The notes below the pieces were generated by a model that worked only from the letters and a program-made list of their open reading frames with translations, did not search any database and was not told the origin of the DNA. A DNA stretch of 64,000 nt, taken from contig JBBSWJ010000005.1 of assembly GCA_038046345.1 (NCBI GenBank), positions 24,784 to 88,783 of the forward strand, given 5' to 3'. Source of the stretch: Nanobdellota archaeon (GTDB taxonomy: Archaea > Nanobdellota > Nanobdellia > SCGC-AAA011-G17 > JACPNG01). The position numbers and the translations under genes were made by a program. Positions 8,838 through 20,556 of the stretch are shown here, one piece after another. How positions within the stretch are numbered: position 1 is the first letter of the stretch; each line of letters begins with the position of its first letter.

Positions 8838-9893
8838 CTAACCAAAAGTAAATGTATTAAACAAAAATCCTTTCTTGTTTATATCTAACTTTAATGTATA
8901 ACTACCATGATTTCCTTCAATTAAGCTATACAGCCTAGCGGTATCAACAACCACAAATGACCGGGCCCCATCGAATTTTATATCAACACCAGCCTGATCT
9001 TTTGTTACATAATCATCATTTATATAAACGTCCATCTCTAAAGGTTCAGTTGAATGAGCAACTATATTCGCTGATTTACCAGAAAACTTAATGACTACAG
9101 ACGCTCTATCAAGATTTTCTAAGCTGTCTTGGTTGCTTAACCATAAACCATCAAGATAGAGAACATCATCTTCAAGTTTAACAGGTAAAGTATAATTTTT
9201 AACTTGATCCGGAGACAACCCCCCATTTGCTACATCTTGTTTTCTTGGCAAAGCAAATTTATATCCGGCGTATATCTCTGGTGTATAAGATAAATCAGAA
9301 GAACTAGGAATATCAGCAATTAAATCCATGTCTATTGCTTCCCCATTTTCAGCTAAAAGTTCCTGAATAACTTTTTCAGTTTCTTCATAAGCTCCTTCTC
9401 CTATATGGTCATACCGAATAAACCCATTTCTATCAATAAGGTATTTTCTTGGCCAATACTTATTCTGATATGCCCTCCAAGTTGCGTAATCATTATCTTG
9501 AACAACTGTGTAGCTAATGTTAAATCTTCTAATTGCATCTTGTACATTATTTGCATCTTTCTCAAACGGGAATTCTGGAGTGTGGACACCAATGATAACA
9601 AGCCCTTTATCGGAATAACGGTTATGCCATTCATTTAAGAATGGGATAGTGTGAATACAATTTATACAGGTGTATGTCCAAAAGTCAATTAAGATAACTT
9701 TACCATTAAGATCTTTGATTGATGGTTTATAGTCTGAATTAAAAAAACCAGAAATTCCAACTAGCTCAGGAGCTTTTATTAAACCATTCTCGATCACTGG
9801 TTCTTCTGAATACTCATTATTAGCACGCTCAAAATAATAAATAACCAAGACAACTATTATCAAAGTAATAATTAGCTTGTAAATTATTTTCAT
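8838..9893 (-). CDS. membrane-anchored thioredoxin-like (TlpA/ResA family) thiol-disulfide oxidoreductase with large C-terminal extension
   Basis: N-terminal TM helix; thioredoxin fold with active site WTYTCINCIH; roughly 180-aa C-terminal domain of unknown function. Confidence 0.75.
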   Translation of the reverse strand: MKIIYKLIITLIIVVLVIYYFERANNEYSEEPVIENGLIKAPELVGISGFFNSDYKPSIKDLNGKVILIDFWTYTCINCIHTIPFLNEWHNRYSDKGLVIIGVHTPEFPFEKDANNVQDAIRRFNISYTVVQDNDYATWRAYQNKYWPRKYLIDRNGFIRYDHIGEGAYEETEKVIQELLAENGEAIDMDLIADIPSSSDLSYTPEIYAGYKFALPRKQDVANGGLSPDQVKNYTLPVKLEDDVLYLDGLWLSNQDSLENLDRASVVIKFSGKSANIVAHSTEPLEMDVYINDDYVTKDQAGVDIKFDGARSFVVVDTARLYSLIEGNHGSYTLKLDINKKGFLFNTFTFG

Positions 9894-9923
9894 GAAGTTG
9901 GTAGCAGTTGAATATTTATAATA

Positions 9924-10652
9924 TTAATCCTTAACAGTCAAAAAAGCAAGATAAGCTAGAAATGTTGGAATCAATGGTAATATGCACGGACTCAAAAATG
10001 AAAGAAGCCCGCCAATAAATGCAATGCCTATATTTAAAGATCCATTAAAGCCATAATTATTCAAGTTTAGTTTTATAAGAAAATCTGCTGCAAATGAAAA
10101 GTTTGCAATACTGCTTAATTGATTAGTAAACACTAGTATTCCTAACAATATTAATATCACTCCAAATATTTTAGAAAGATATTTAGTTAAATTACCAGTA
10201 GCTGTTATAAACTTTTTAGCATGATCAGTAAATAATCCCACTAATAAAAATGGTATACCCAAACCAAGAGAGTAAGCAAACAATAAATAAGCTGCATGCG
10301 TTGGAGATACAACTGCTAAAGTAAGTATTGCACCAAGTATACCACTTACACAAGGTGTCCAACTAACTGCGAAAGCTGCGCCAAACACAAATGAGGTAAG
10401 ATAAGCTGAATTAAACCTTTTTTTTATTTTAAGCTTGTGGCTTATTTCAAAGAATCTAATTTTGATAAAACCTAGTAAATAGATACCAAAAATAATTATG
10501 ATTATGCCCCCAACTCTTCCAAGCCATTTTAGCACAACTAATGGCGCATGAGAAAAAACAGTTTGAAGCAATACCCCAATAATTGAGAATATAACTGAAA
10601 AGCCTAAAACAAAGAAAATAGTATTTATAAAAATTGTATAATCTTTTTTCAT
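9924..10652 (-). CDS. ccdA: cytochrome c-type biogenesis protein CcdA / DsbD transmembrane-domain family
   Basis: Polytopic membrane protein with two conserved Cys in TM segments (SWTPCVSG and FLSPCILP). Confidence 0.8.
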   Translation of the reverse strand: MKKDYTIFINTIFFVLGFSVIFSIIGVLLQTVFSHAPLVVLKWLGRVGGIIIIIFGIYLLGFIKIRFFEISHKLKIKKRFNSAYLTSFVFGAAFAVSWTPCVSGILGAILTLAVVSPTHAAYLLFAYSLGLGIPFLLVGLFTDHAKKFITATGNLTKYLSKIFGVILILLGILVFTNQLSSIANFSFAADFLIKLNLNNYGFNGSLNIGIAFIGGLLSFLSPCILPLIPTFLAYLAFLTVKD

Positions 10653-10812
10653 GATATCATTAAAATAATGTCAATATATATAATTTTTGTTTAATAAAAA
10701 TGTAGGAAAACAAAGGTTTTAAAATTGCTTTTTGCGCAATAATTTAATCTAAGAGGAAACTTTTCTAAAGGTTTATAAACTCAAGCGTTCCATTATATAT
10801 AAGGAGCTAAAA

Positions 10813-11241
10813 ATGGACGAATTACCAGAAGCGGTATTTACATGGAAGGTAAGAGAAGATGGTTTAACAGAAGTAGTACAAGGTCATGCAACAATAAAAG
10901 ATATTTTATACGAAATAGCAAGGCAGGCTTATAGAGCATCAGTAATGGAGGCACCAATACCAGGACAATCCACGGACCCTCCATCAGACGAATTTCTAGC
11001 ACCATATTTTGCTCACTTACAATTTCCAACAGATGGAATAAGTATAGCGAGAACTGATAGACATGAAACTGATGAATTATTTGGGATGGACTATGTTGGT
11101 GGTTTGCCAGTTAAAACTTCAGTTGTCGCTAGAGATGGAAAAATATTGTTTTGTAGTAGATTATATGACATGAATCATCGTGTTGATCATCTACATGTAA
11201 TGCGAACTGCAAATATGGCACTTGAAATAAGATTACAATAA
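10813..11241 (+). CDS. hypothetical protein
   Basis: 142-aa ORF preceded by AAGGAG. No recognised domain. Confidence 0.45.
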   Translation: MDELPEAVFTWKVREDGLTEVVQGHATIKDILYEIARQAYRASVMEAPIPGQSTDPPSDEFLAPYFAHLQFPTDGISIARTDRHETDELFGMDYVGGLPVKTSVVARDGKILFCSRLYDMNHRVDHLHVMRTANMALEIRLQ

Positions 11242-11614
11242 ATTTTAAAATTAAGACGCCAACCTCTTTTTTATTATTTCTTCAAATCTTAGATTTGACC
11301 AATTTTTTAGCCAGAACCTTAAATTGAAACTAACAACTATTAAGTGAGATGAATATTCGCTTAATATTACCATTTAGGATAAAAAGCGAGATTTTAGATA
11401 TTTCTTCCCCATATAACAGACTATATGTCAGATGAGGGTAAAAGTTATTCTCCAAATCCAGAAATACAGATTAATTAGCAAATTGATCAAGAAAATAAAC
11501 CTCAGAAGTTATTAAAATTAACTTAAGATATATCAATTTATTCTTTTAGAAAAGATAATCTGAAAGATTTTCGATTTTTTATGGTAGAAAAATATAAAGT
11601 AGTAAAGTATAATA

Positions 11615-12127
11615 GTGAATATGAAAGAAATAATCTTAATTCTGCTATTAACCTGTGGATGTGTAAGCATTCCAGAAGCTGGCATTGTAACAGAAGTAAT
11701 TGATGGTGATACATTCAAATTAAGCACAGGAGAAAGAGTAAGATTATTATGCATAAACACTCCAGAAAATGGTGAACCATATTTTAAAGAAGCAAAAGAT
11801 TTTTTAGAAAATTCTATATCCGGAAAAATAGTAAGATTAGAAGTAGACAAAACAAATTTAGATGATTACAGAAGATTATTACGTTATGTTTATGTTGATG
11901 ACATCTTAATAAATGAAGTTATTACAAAAGAAGGTCTTGCAGAAGTATTGATAATAAAACCAAACATAAAACATTGTGACAAAATAAAGCTAGCCGAAAA
12001 AATAGCACAAGAACAAAAAAAAGGTATTTGGAGTGTCAACCATGCAGGCTATCCGGAAGATACGCTAATGTTTCAAACTGCTGTGGTAACGGATAAATCA
12101 AAAAGTCACCACGTTGCATTGCAGTAG
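11615..12127 (+). CDS. staphylococcal/micrococcal nuclease (SNase) homolog, secreted or lipid-anchored
   Basis: DGDTFKL ... RLLCINTPE ... RLL(R)YVYVD resembles the SNase core; N-terminal hydrophobic segment with LLTCGC. Confidence 0.75.
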   Translation: MNMKEIILILLLTCGCVSIPEAGIVTEVIDGDTFKLSTGERVRLLCINTPENGEPYFKEAKDFLENSISGKIVRLEVDKTNLDDYRRLLRYVYVDDILINEVITKEGLAEVLIIKPNIKHCDKIKLAEKIAQEQKKGIWSVNHAGYPEDTLMFQTAVVTDKSKSHHVALQ

Positions 12128-12713
12128 TTATTCCAGAATTACCAGCACTACGCATAGCAGCTCCTACCATACCTTTCAAAACCATAACTTTTACCTGTTC
12201 ATCATTAATAAACTCATCCCCTTCAAAAAGTATTCTAAATTCGTCTAAAGCATTAGTAGAACGTAATATTCGTATTCTTTCACTTTTATCCAACTCGCCT
12301 TTAAATTCAGTATCATCAGGGACAACATCATCTAACCAATCAATATTTACAACTACAAGTAAAGAATAATTTCCTTTCATTGCGTTATAATCTTTTCTTG
12401 AAAAAGCTTCTTTTATTACTAAAACCTCCCCTTGTGTTAATTTAAAAGTCTCATCACTATTCAAGTCCTTTACACCGAATACAAAAGCATTATCCTTATC
12501 ATATAAGTATAACACCTTATCTGCGTTGCTTAATATTTCTTTAATCTGAGATGTTTCCTTAAGGATATTTTGAACAAAAAAACCACCAATGGATAATACA
12601 ATAACAAAAATCACAAAGATAATGCTAAGAATTTTTATAATAAACTTAGTAGTTCTAACAAACCACCAAACTAATAATATTATTAAAATTATAGGAATAA
12701 TTAGCCAGATCAT
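12036..12713 (-). CDS. hypothetical membrane-anchored protein
   Basis: Two N-terminal TM helices followed by a soluble domain. The 3' end overlaps the SNase gene by about 90 nt, so the true end is uncertain. Confidence 0.4.
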   Translation of the reverse strand: MIWLIIPIILIILLVWWFVRTTKFIIKILSIIFVIFVIVLSIGGFFVQNILKETSQIKEILSNADKVLYLYDKDNAFVFGVKDLNSDETFKLTQGEVLVIKEAFSRKDYNAMKGNYSLLVVVNIDWLDDVVPDDTEFKGELDKSERIRILRSTNALDEFRILFEGDEFINDEQVKVMVLKGMVGAAMRSAGNSGITTAMQRGDFLIYPLPQQFETLAYLPDSLHG

Positions 12714-12764
12714 GGCTGTTTAACACCAGCAGTGTTTTTAAATATATTTGTAGTAAATTATCAT

Positions 12765-13118
12765 ATGGCAAACAAAAAAAGCTGCCACATATTAAGAGAA
12801 AAAGGAACCGAACCACCATTCACTGGAAAGTATTTGTACAACAAACAGAATGGAGTATACAAATGCGCTGGTTGCGGGCAGGAATTATTTTCTTCCCAAA
12901 AAAAATTTGATTCCGGAACTGGATGGCCAAGTTTTACTGAAGGAAAAAACATAGAACTAAAAGAAGATACAAGTTTTGGAATTAAAAGATTAGAAGTAAT
13001 ATGTAAAAAATGTAAAGGACATTTAGGTCACTTATTTAATGACGGACCAAGACCTACAAAGAAAAGATATTGCATTAACTCAGGTGCATTAAGCTTTAAC
13101 AAAATTAATAGCAGGTGA
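12765..13118 (+). CDS. msrB: peptide-methionine (R)-S-oxide reductase MsrB
   Basis: CxxC ... CxxC zinc site plus the GWPSF and HLGHLF motifs. Start moved to the Met at 12765. Confidence 0.9.
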   Translation: MANKKSCHILREKGTEPPFTGKYLYNKQNGVYKCAGCGQELFSSQKKFDSGTGWPSFTEGKNIELKEDTSFGIKRLEVICKKCKGHLGHLFNDGPRPTKKRYCINSGALSFNKINSR

Positions 13119-13472
13119 AACAACAATTGGGCGTTCAGCAATATCAACTGAAGCTGTTCTGAATGATTTTTTTAAATTTTCAAACACATTCTTCCCATCA
13201 AATTCTCCCCTGCAAGTATAAATTGAAAAGTATAAAGAATCATGTTCTGGATAAGTATGAATTGCAGCATGAGATTCAGATAACAATACTAAAATTGTAA
13301 GTCCCTGTGGTTTAAACTGATGTCTAAATACTTTAAGAATTGTAAACTTGTCAATTTTTAAAGCATACAGCAAAGATTTTTCTAAGAAATTATTATCTAA
13401 TAAAATCTTTTTTGGAACTCCATGCATTACACATGATATTTCATTTCCTACAGGACTTGATTCATACTCCAT
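13089..13472 (-). CDS. speH: S-adenosylmethionine decarboxylase proenzyme (pyruvoyl-dependent, SpeH type)
   Basis: LLSESHAAIHTYPE, which contains the self-processing ES|H site. Confidence 0.85.
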   Translation of the reverse strand: MEYESSPVGNEISCVMHGVPKKILLDNNFLEKSLLYALKIDKFTILKVFRHQFKPQGLTILVLLSESHAAIHTYPEHDSLYFSIYTCRGEFDGKNVFENLKKSFRTASVDIAERPIVVSPAINFVKA

Positions 13473-13646
13473 AGTGCAAATTATTAAGAATAGTTATTTA
13501 AAAAATTATTGTTTTTTAAAATATACTTCTTGTTTGTCTTAAGCATTCTAATTGCTATCTTTATCAACTGGATAAACAGGCCATCTGAACCCTCACGTGA
13601 AAACTGCCATTAATGCCTCATATGATTTATTCTTATCTACAAATGG

Positions 13647-14051
13647 TTATTTACGTAAAATCTTATCCATTACTTTACCTTTTGCTATCTCATCAACAAG
13701 CTTATCCAGATACCTTACTTGTTGTGTTAACGGGTTTTTGATTTCTTCTATACGATATCCACATATTACTCCTGTAATGAGATGAGCATTCGGAGTTAAT
13801 TTTGCTTTCTGAAAGAATATTTTAAAAGTTACTTTTTTATCAATAAGATTTTGTAGTTTCTTTTCATCAAAACCAGTTAACCACTCAATTACTTGATGCA
13901 ACTCTTTCTTTGTTCTACCTTTCTTCTCCACTTTTGCTACATAGTGCGGATACACAGATGAAAATGTCATATTTGCAATACGCTCATCGTGTTCGGATGT
14001 TGTTTTCATAATTATTTTTCCTTTTTTAAATTTTTGAATTCGTGTTTCCAT
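13647..14051 (-). CDS. conserved hypothetical protein (DUF2200-like)
   Basis: Motif SSVYPHYVAKVEKKGRTKKEL. Family name is recalled, not verified. Confidence 0.5.
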   Translation of the reverse strand: METRIQKFKKGKIIMKTTSEHDERIANMTFSSVYPHYVAKVEKKGRTKKELHQVIEWLTGFDEKKLQNLIDKKVTFKIFFQKAKLTPNAHLITGVICGYRIEEIKNPLTQQVRYLDKLVDEIAKGKVMDKILRK

Positions 14052-14304
14052 AGTATAAGTTAAATTAGATTTTTATATAAAGTTTGCTAGGCACCAACTC
14101 AAATTGAATATAACTTAGGCGATTAAACAAATATTTATCTGCTTTATAGCATAATATTGCAAAAAAAGCAGTTACGCAAAGTTTTCAACTATTATAACCC
14201 GAATTTTTAATGAAAATTTTTTAAAAACTCTACATGTAATAATTTAAAACTAACTCTAAAAATAAATCAATCTAATAAAAAAAGTGATATCATGTATATT
14301 GTGT

Positions 14305-17290
14305 GTAAAATGGTCTCGAGCTATTGGAAAATGCAGGCTTAATTTCTCGTTGCCTTGAAACTTACACCCCACTCCCATCAAACAGATCTTCTATCTGTGC
14401 TCTCCTTCTCTTTTCAAGGTGGGTTTCGTCCTTAGATGCTTTCAGGACTTATCCCACAAGGCGTAGCTGCCCGGCCTGCCTTGTCAGACAACCGGTACAC
14501 CAGAGGCCTCGAATCCTCGTTCCTCTCGTACTAAAGGATCCTTCCCCTCAGAAGATAAACAAATCCAGTAGATATCATACAAACTGTCTCACAACGTTCT
14601 TAACCCAGCTCACGATCCCTTTTAATAAGTGAACACCTTCACCCTTGGCCGCAAGCAGTACGTGGAAACTGTTAATTTCGACATACCATGCTCTTTTCCG
14701 CGCATTTCTGCACGACCACTCTACGATACAAGAATCTAATCTTTGTATCCGGATAGGAAGAGCCGACATCGAGGTAGCAAGCAGCGCCGTCGATAAACTC
14801 GGAATCAATTTATTGATCCTTTGAGCTCTTAGGCGCTACAACTCAATTATGCCCGAGATAGCTTTTCTGTCATGTCTAGCCCCCATCAATGAGGACATAG
14901 AAGTTCGCTAGGCCATACTTTCGTACCTGAATCCCGTATTGTTTGGAATCCAGTCAAGCCAGCTTTTGCCCTTGCACTCCACAGAGAATTTCTAAATCTC
15001 TTGAGCTGACCTTTGGGCCCTACTGATATCCTTTCAGCAGGGTCCCGCCCCAGGCAAACTATCCGCCAGTAGTTGTCTTTCATTACTGAAGTAAGTAATA
15101 TAGAATACAGAGGGTAGTATCTCACTTTTGCCTAAACGTACACTGGCGTGCACGCATCAACAGCTCCTACCTATTCTTAACACCATACTCCATACCACAG
15201 CTACAAGCTATAGTAAAGTTCTACGGGGTCTTCGCTTCCCACTGGAATTCTCTGGCCTTTGCACCAGAATAGTGTGTTCGGGAGGTTCTACGTAAAGACA
15301 GTGGATACCTCGTTACGCCATTCATGCAAGTCGTCAATCAAACGACAAGGTATTACGCTACCTTAAGAGAATTATAGTTATTCCCGCCGTTTACACGCTC
15401 TTAGCCCCCTTGAAAAGGAGTTTAAAGTACATGCACTGGGCAGACGTCACCTCCTATACAAACCATTACTGGCTAGCAGGAAGTTTCGTTTTTGTTAAAC
15501 AGTCGGGCATCCTTAGTTATTGAATCCTGTACTCGCAACTAAAAGCTACAAGCGCAGGAACCCCTTATGCCGAAGTCACAGGGCCAATATTGCCGATTTC
15601 CTTTACGTAAATTACCCCTCTCATACCTTAGGCTACTAACCCAGGGCACCTGTGCTGGTTCTGGATACGGTTATTTATGATCCTTCCATATTGTTTTTTC
15701 ACGGGCTCAAGGCATCTACCCAATCAACATACATTGACTATTCTCAGCTTTTCTCAGGTTCTCATCATGACAATTCTCCCCTGACATATGCTAATTAACA
15801 ACCATGTCTATGATTGTGGGTATAGCCCAAAGCAGCAACAATAAGGCTTTCGTCGCCGAATGTACATAAATAGTACTGGAATATTAACCAGTTTGCCTCT
15901 TCCCGCACGTCAATTTATGAGTGCAGTTAGGTCCGACTAACTCTTAGCTGAACTGCAGTGCTAAGAAAACCTTGCCCTTTCGGTATTAGAGAGTCTCACT
16001 CTATATAGGTCCTACTACCACCGGGATTCTTATTCGTACACGGTCCATTTACTTTCACAAGTATACTTCCATCCATGCACGACACCTATCTACCACCTTG
16101 CTTTACAGCAAGTCTGAAGTATCGGTCGTCAGTTTAGCCCCGTTAATTTTCAGGGCATAATACCTTGACGGGTGAGCTATTACGCTTTCTTTAGAGGATG
16201 GCTGCTTCTAAGCCAACCTCCCCGCTGTCTCTGGTATTACACACCATTCACCCTTTCACACTTAACTGACAGTTAGGGACCTTAACTTCAGGCTGGGATG
16301 TTCCCCTTTTGGGACACACGCTTACCGCGCGCCCCTGCTTCCCGCCTTCTACGACGCATTGACATTTGGAGTTGAACAAGAGTGAGAGGAATTTCTTCCC
16401 TTAACATTCTAATCCGTAGCTCTACAACCAATGCTATCTCGAGCGAGACTATTCTGCGGCATATTTCGATAGGAACAGGCTATTAGCAAACTCGATTGGC
16501 TTTTCACCCCTAATCCCAAATCATAAGAGCACATGCACGTAGCACCTCTTCAGGCCTCCACCTCGTATCACCAAGGCTTCACCTTGCTCAGGATTAGATC
16601 GTCTGCTTTCCGGTCAGACCCCCATGACTTAAGGCGCTTTCACACCTCGCTCCTCGCAAGCTGCGAGCATTTGCTTTCGCTCAGCATTCGTACTAAAAGT
16701 ACTTACGCTCGCCATGAAGATCAACTCCCCGGCCCGTTATTCAAAACGTACGGTGCAACTCATGCTGCACCATTCTATAACCGTAAGGTTTCAGGAACTT
16801 TTCACACCCTATCAGAGGTACTTTTCAATGTTCCATCACTGTACTATTTGCTATCGGACTTAAAACATATTTAGCCTTAGAAGTTGATGCCTCCTAAATT
16901 CCTGCTCAATATCCAATGAACAGTACTATGGATACTTGTAAATCTTTCACGATTATCCTACGGGGCTATCACCCTGTGTCGCATACCATTCCAGATAACT
17001 TTAGATAAACATGTTAAGATGAAAAACAAGTCCAAACACCACATGTTGCTTCTTTTTCAAGAAGTAATTCGGTTTAGGCTATACGGATTTCGCTCGCTGT
17101 TACTCACCGCATCTCAATTGATTTCTTTTCCTGCGGGTACTAAGACGCTTCAGTTCCCCGCGTTATACATCCTCTCGGATTTAATAGGAAGTCCTATTCG
17201 GGAATCATTGGTTCGTAGGCTGCATGCGCCTCGCCAATGCATTTCGTAGCTTGCCACGCCCTTCATCTTTGTTTTTAAGCCGAATCATCC
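14305..17290 (-). rRNA. rrl: 23S ribosomal RNA (ends approximate)
   Basis: About 3 kb with no long ORFs. The conserved 3'-region motif CCTGAAAGCATCTAAG is present as its reverse complement near 14440; the 5' GGATGC(A)TTGGC-like motif near 17240. Confidence 0.85.
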
Positions 17291-17440
17291 ACCTTACGGC
17301 GTAATGACCTATAATTACACACAATACCTATACACGATATCATTAAATGAATATTTCATCTGTCCTAAGACTATGATATCCTTCACCCACAACAATTCAG
17401 TTTGTGAGTTGCACTATTTCATTAAAAAATGAATATGATA

Positions 17441-17548
17441 TGGACCCGTCGGGAAAATCGACGATCCAAGATGTCTAATGCAAATCGTTTTCGAACCCGA
17501 GGCCCCTACCTTGCAAGGGTAATGCTCTACCAGCTGAGCTACGGGCCC
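17441..17548 (-). tRNA. tRNA-Ala (anticodon UGC) with a 35-nt intron at non-canonical position 59/60
   Basis: Acceptor stem GGGCCCG/CGGGTCC includes the G3:U70 Ala identity pair. Anticodon loop is CTTGCAA. T-stem TCGGG/CCCGA is interrupted by a 35-nt insert that forms a BHB; splicing yields T-loop UUCGAAU. Located in the 16S-23S spacer. Confidence 0.85.
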
Positions 17549-17605
17549 AAACAATTGGATTGACTGTACGAGATTAATTTCAGTGATTAGAATAGTAAAA
17601 AAAAT

Positions 17606-19140
<1,535 letters not shown>

Positions 19141-19448
19141 TATTTTGGTCGCATAAAATTGGAAATTTTTGTAATACTTTACTACTCATAACCATTGCTG
19201 CTTTATCTCGTACATCATACTTAATACTTCTGATTAAGTATTCACGTATTATATCACTAAAGTGATATTTTAAGAAGATTAAAAACTATGCTCAATCTTC
19301 ATTAAGTGAAACAAGTGTTGGCATCTAGCTTATAAATATTTCTGTTCATGTGCTATAGCATGATAAACGAAAAATTAGTTTGGGCCTGACTTTCAATTTC
19401 GTATAACATACGAAGTCAGGTAAAAGATATTCGTATCCAAAACTGCTT
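19141..19448 (-). promoter_or_regulatory. rRNA operon upstream/promoter region (AT-rich, TATA-like elements)
   Basis: AT-rich region 5' of the 16S gene, with TTTATAAG-like boxes on the minus strand. Confidence 0.3.
19370..19420 (-). terminator. hairpin plus T-run terminator downstream of the AbrB-like gene
   Basis: Stem CCTGACTT/AAGTCAGG with a nested TCGTAT/ATACGA stem, followed on the minus strand by TTTTT. Confidence 0.35.
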
Positions 19449-19706
19449 TCATTTCCTAGCTTTCTTTATGGCACTTTCAACATCAGCTTTGGTTATACCT
19501 TTCTCCTTGGCGAATTGCTGCGTTTTTTGAAGCAGTTTATCAAAGTTTTTGAATGAAGGCATCGTTACTTTTTTTAGTATGACTGTATCATCTTCTCCAA
19601 CAACTACAAATTTTTCCCCTTCCTTTAAGCCTAATTGCTCCCTTATATCCAAAGGTATAACTACCTGCCCTCTTGAGCTCATGCTTGTTATTTCCAATCT
19701 TTGCAT
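19449..19706 (-). CDS. AbrB/MazE/SpoVT-family DNA-binding protein (antitoxin-like); no cognate toxin adjacent
   Basis: SpoVT/AbrB swapped-hairpin N-terminus (MSSRGQVVIPLDIREQLGLKEGEKF). Confidence 0.7.
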   Translation of the reverse strand: MQRLEITSMSSRGQVVIPLDIREQLGLKEGEKFVVVGEDDTVILKKVTMPSFKNFDKLLQKTQQFAKEKGITKADVESAIKKARK

Positions 19707-19878
19707 TTTGTTTGCCTCCTTGATAAGAATATCTTATTAGTAAGAGTATCTTATATGTAAATGCTGTGCTTTGGGGGATGTAGCACAATCTGTATTGGTT
19801 AGCAGGAAACTAAACCTAATTTTGTCCCTCAGCCCAATCACAAGAAATACTTATAAGTTATAAAAAATATGCATACTA

Positions 19879-20556
19879 ATGCTTACCCCAATAATCCTTG
19901 CTTGTCTTCTGTCAATAGCGCATATTTTCAGCGAAAAAATAAGTAGTGCCATTGAAGAATATCACGAAAAGATATTAAGTTTTAATTCAGGATTGTTCAT
20001 TGCGTTTTTATTTTTATTTTTAATACCTGGAGCAATTAAAGAAAGTCTAAACTTAAAAAATGTATTTTATTACATGCTTACTGGGTTAGTTGCGTTTCAT
20101 TTGGCAGAAAAATATTTGTATCAACATATTAGACATAAAAAAGAACTTATGAAAGAACTTGCATGGCTGCACATTATAGGCTTCTTTATTGATTATTTTG
20201 TTATTGGATTAGTTTTGTCATTAACGTTTATCACGGAAAAAGAACTAACTTTTTTAATATTTTTACCTTTTTTGCTGCATACAGTTTCTTCATCATTTTC
20301 CCTAGAGCACATTACTGAAAGATTTAACAATAAGCTACTAAAAATGTTATTGTCAATAGCTACAATAATAGGTGCAATTGCCGGACTTTTTTTACAGCTT
20401 ACAAAAGCTATACTGCCTTTAATATATCCAGTGTCAGTTGGAATATTAATTTACATTACTATGAGGGACATGATACCCAAAGGTAAGGATAAAAACCCAT
20501 TATTATTCTTGATCGGTGTTATGATAACTGTATCAGTGTTTATAATCACTAACTAA
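19879..20556 (+). CDS. ZIP-family (ZupT-like) divalent metal cation transporter
   Basis: Polytopic membrane protein with His-containing TM motifs (FHLAEKY, HIIGFF) typical of ZIP family members. Confidence 0.55.
   Translation: MLTPIILACLLSIAHIFSEKISSAIEEYHEKILSFNSGLFIAFLFLFLIPGAIKESLNLKNVFYYMLTGLVAFHLAEKYLYQHIRHKKELMKELAWLHIIGFFIDYFVIGLVLSLTFITEKELTFLIFLPFLLHTVSSSFSLEHITERFNNKLLKMLLSIATIIGAIAGLFLQLTKAILPLIYPVSVGILIYITMRDMIPKGKDKNPLLFLIGVMITVSVFIITN

Noticed and set aside
19449-19788. AbrB/MazE-like gene as part of a toxin-antitoxin pair
   Set aside because: No PIN/MazF-like partner is adjacent. The overlapping 66-aa ORF at 19588..19788 is antisense and low-complexity, so it is treated as a stand-alone DNA-binding protein.
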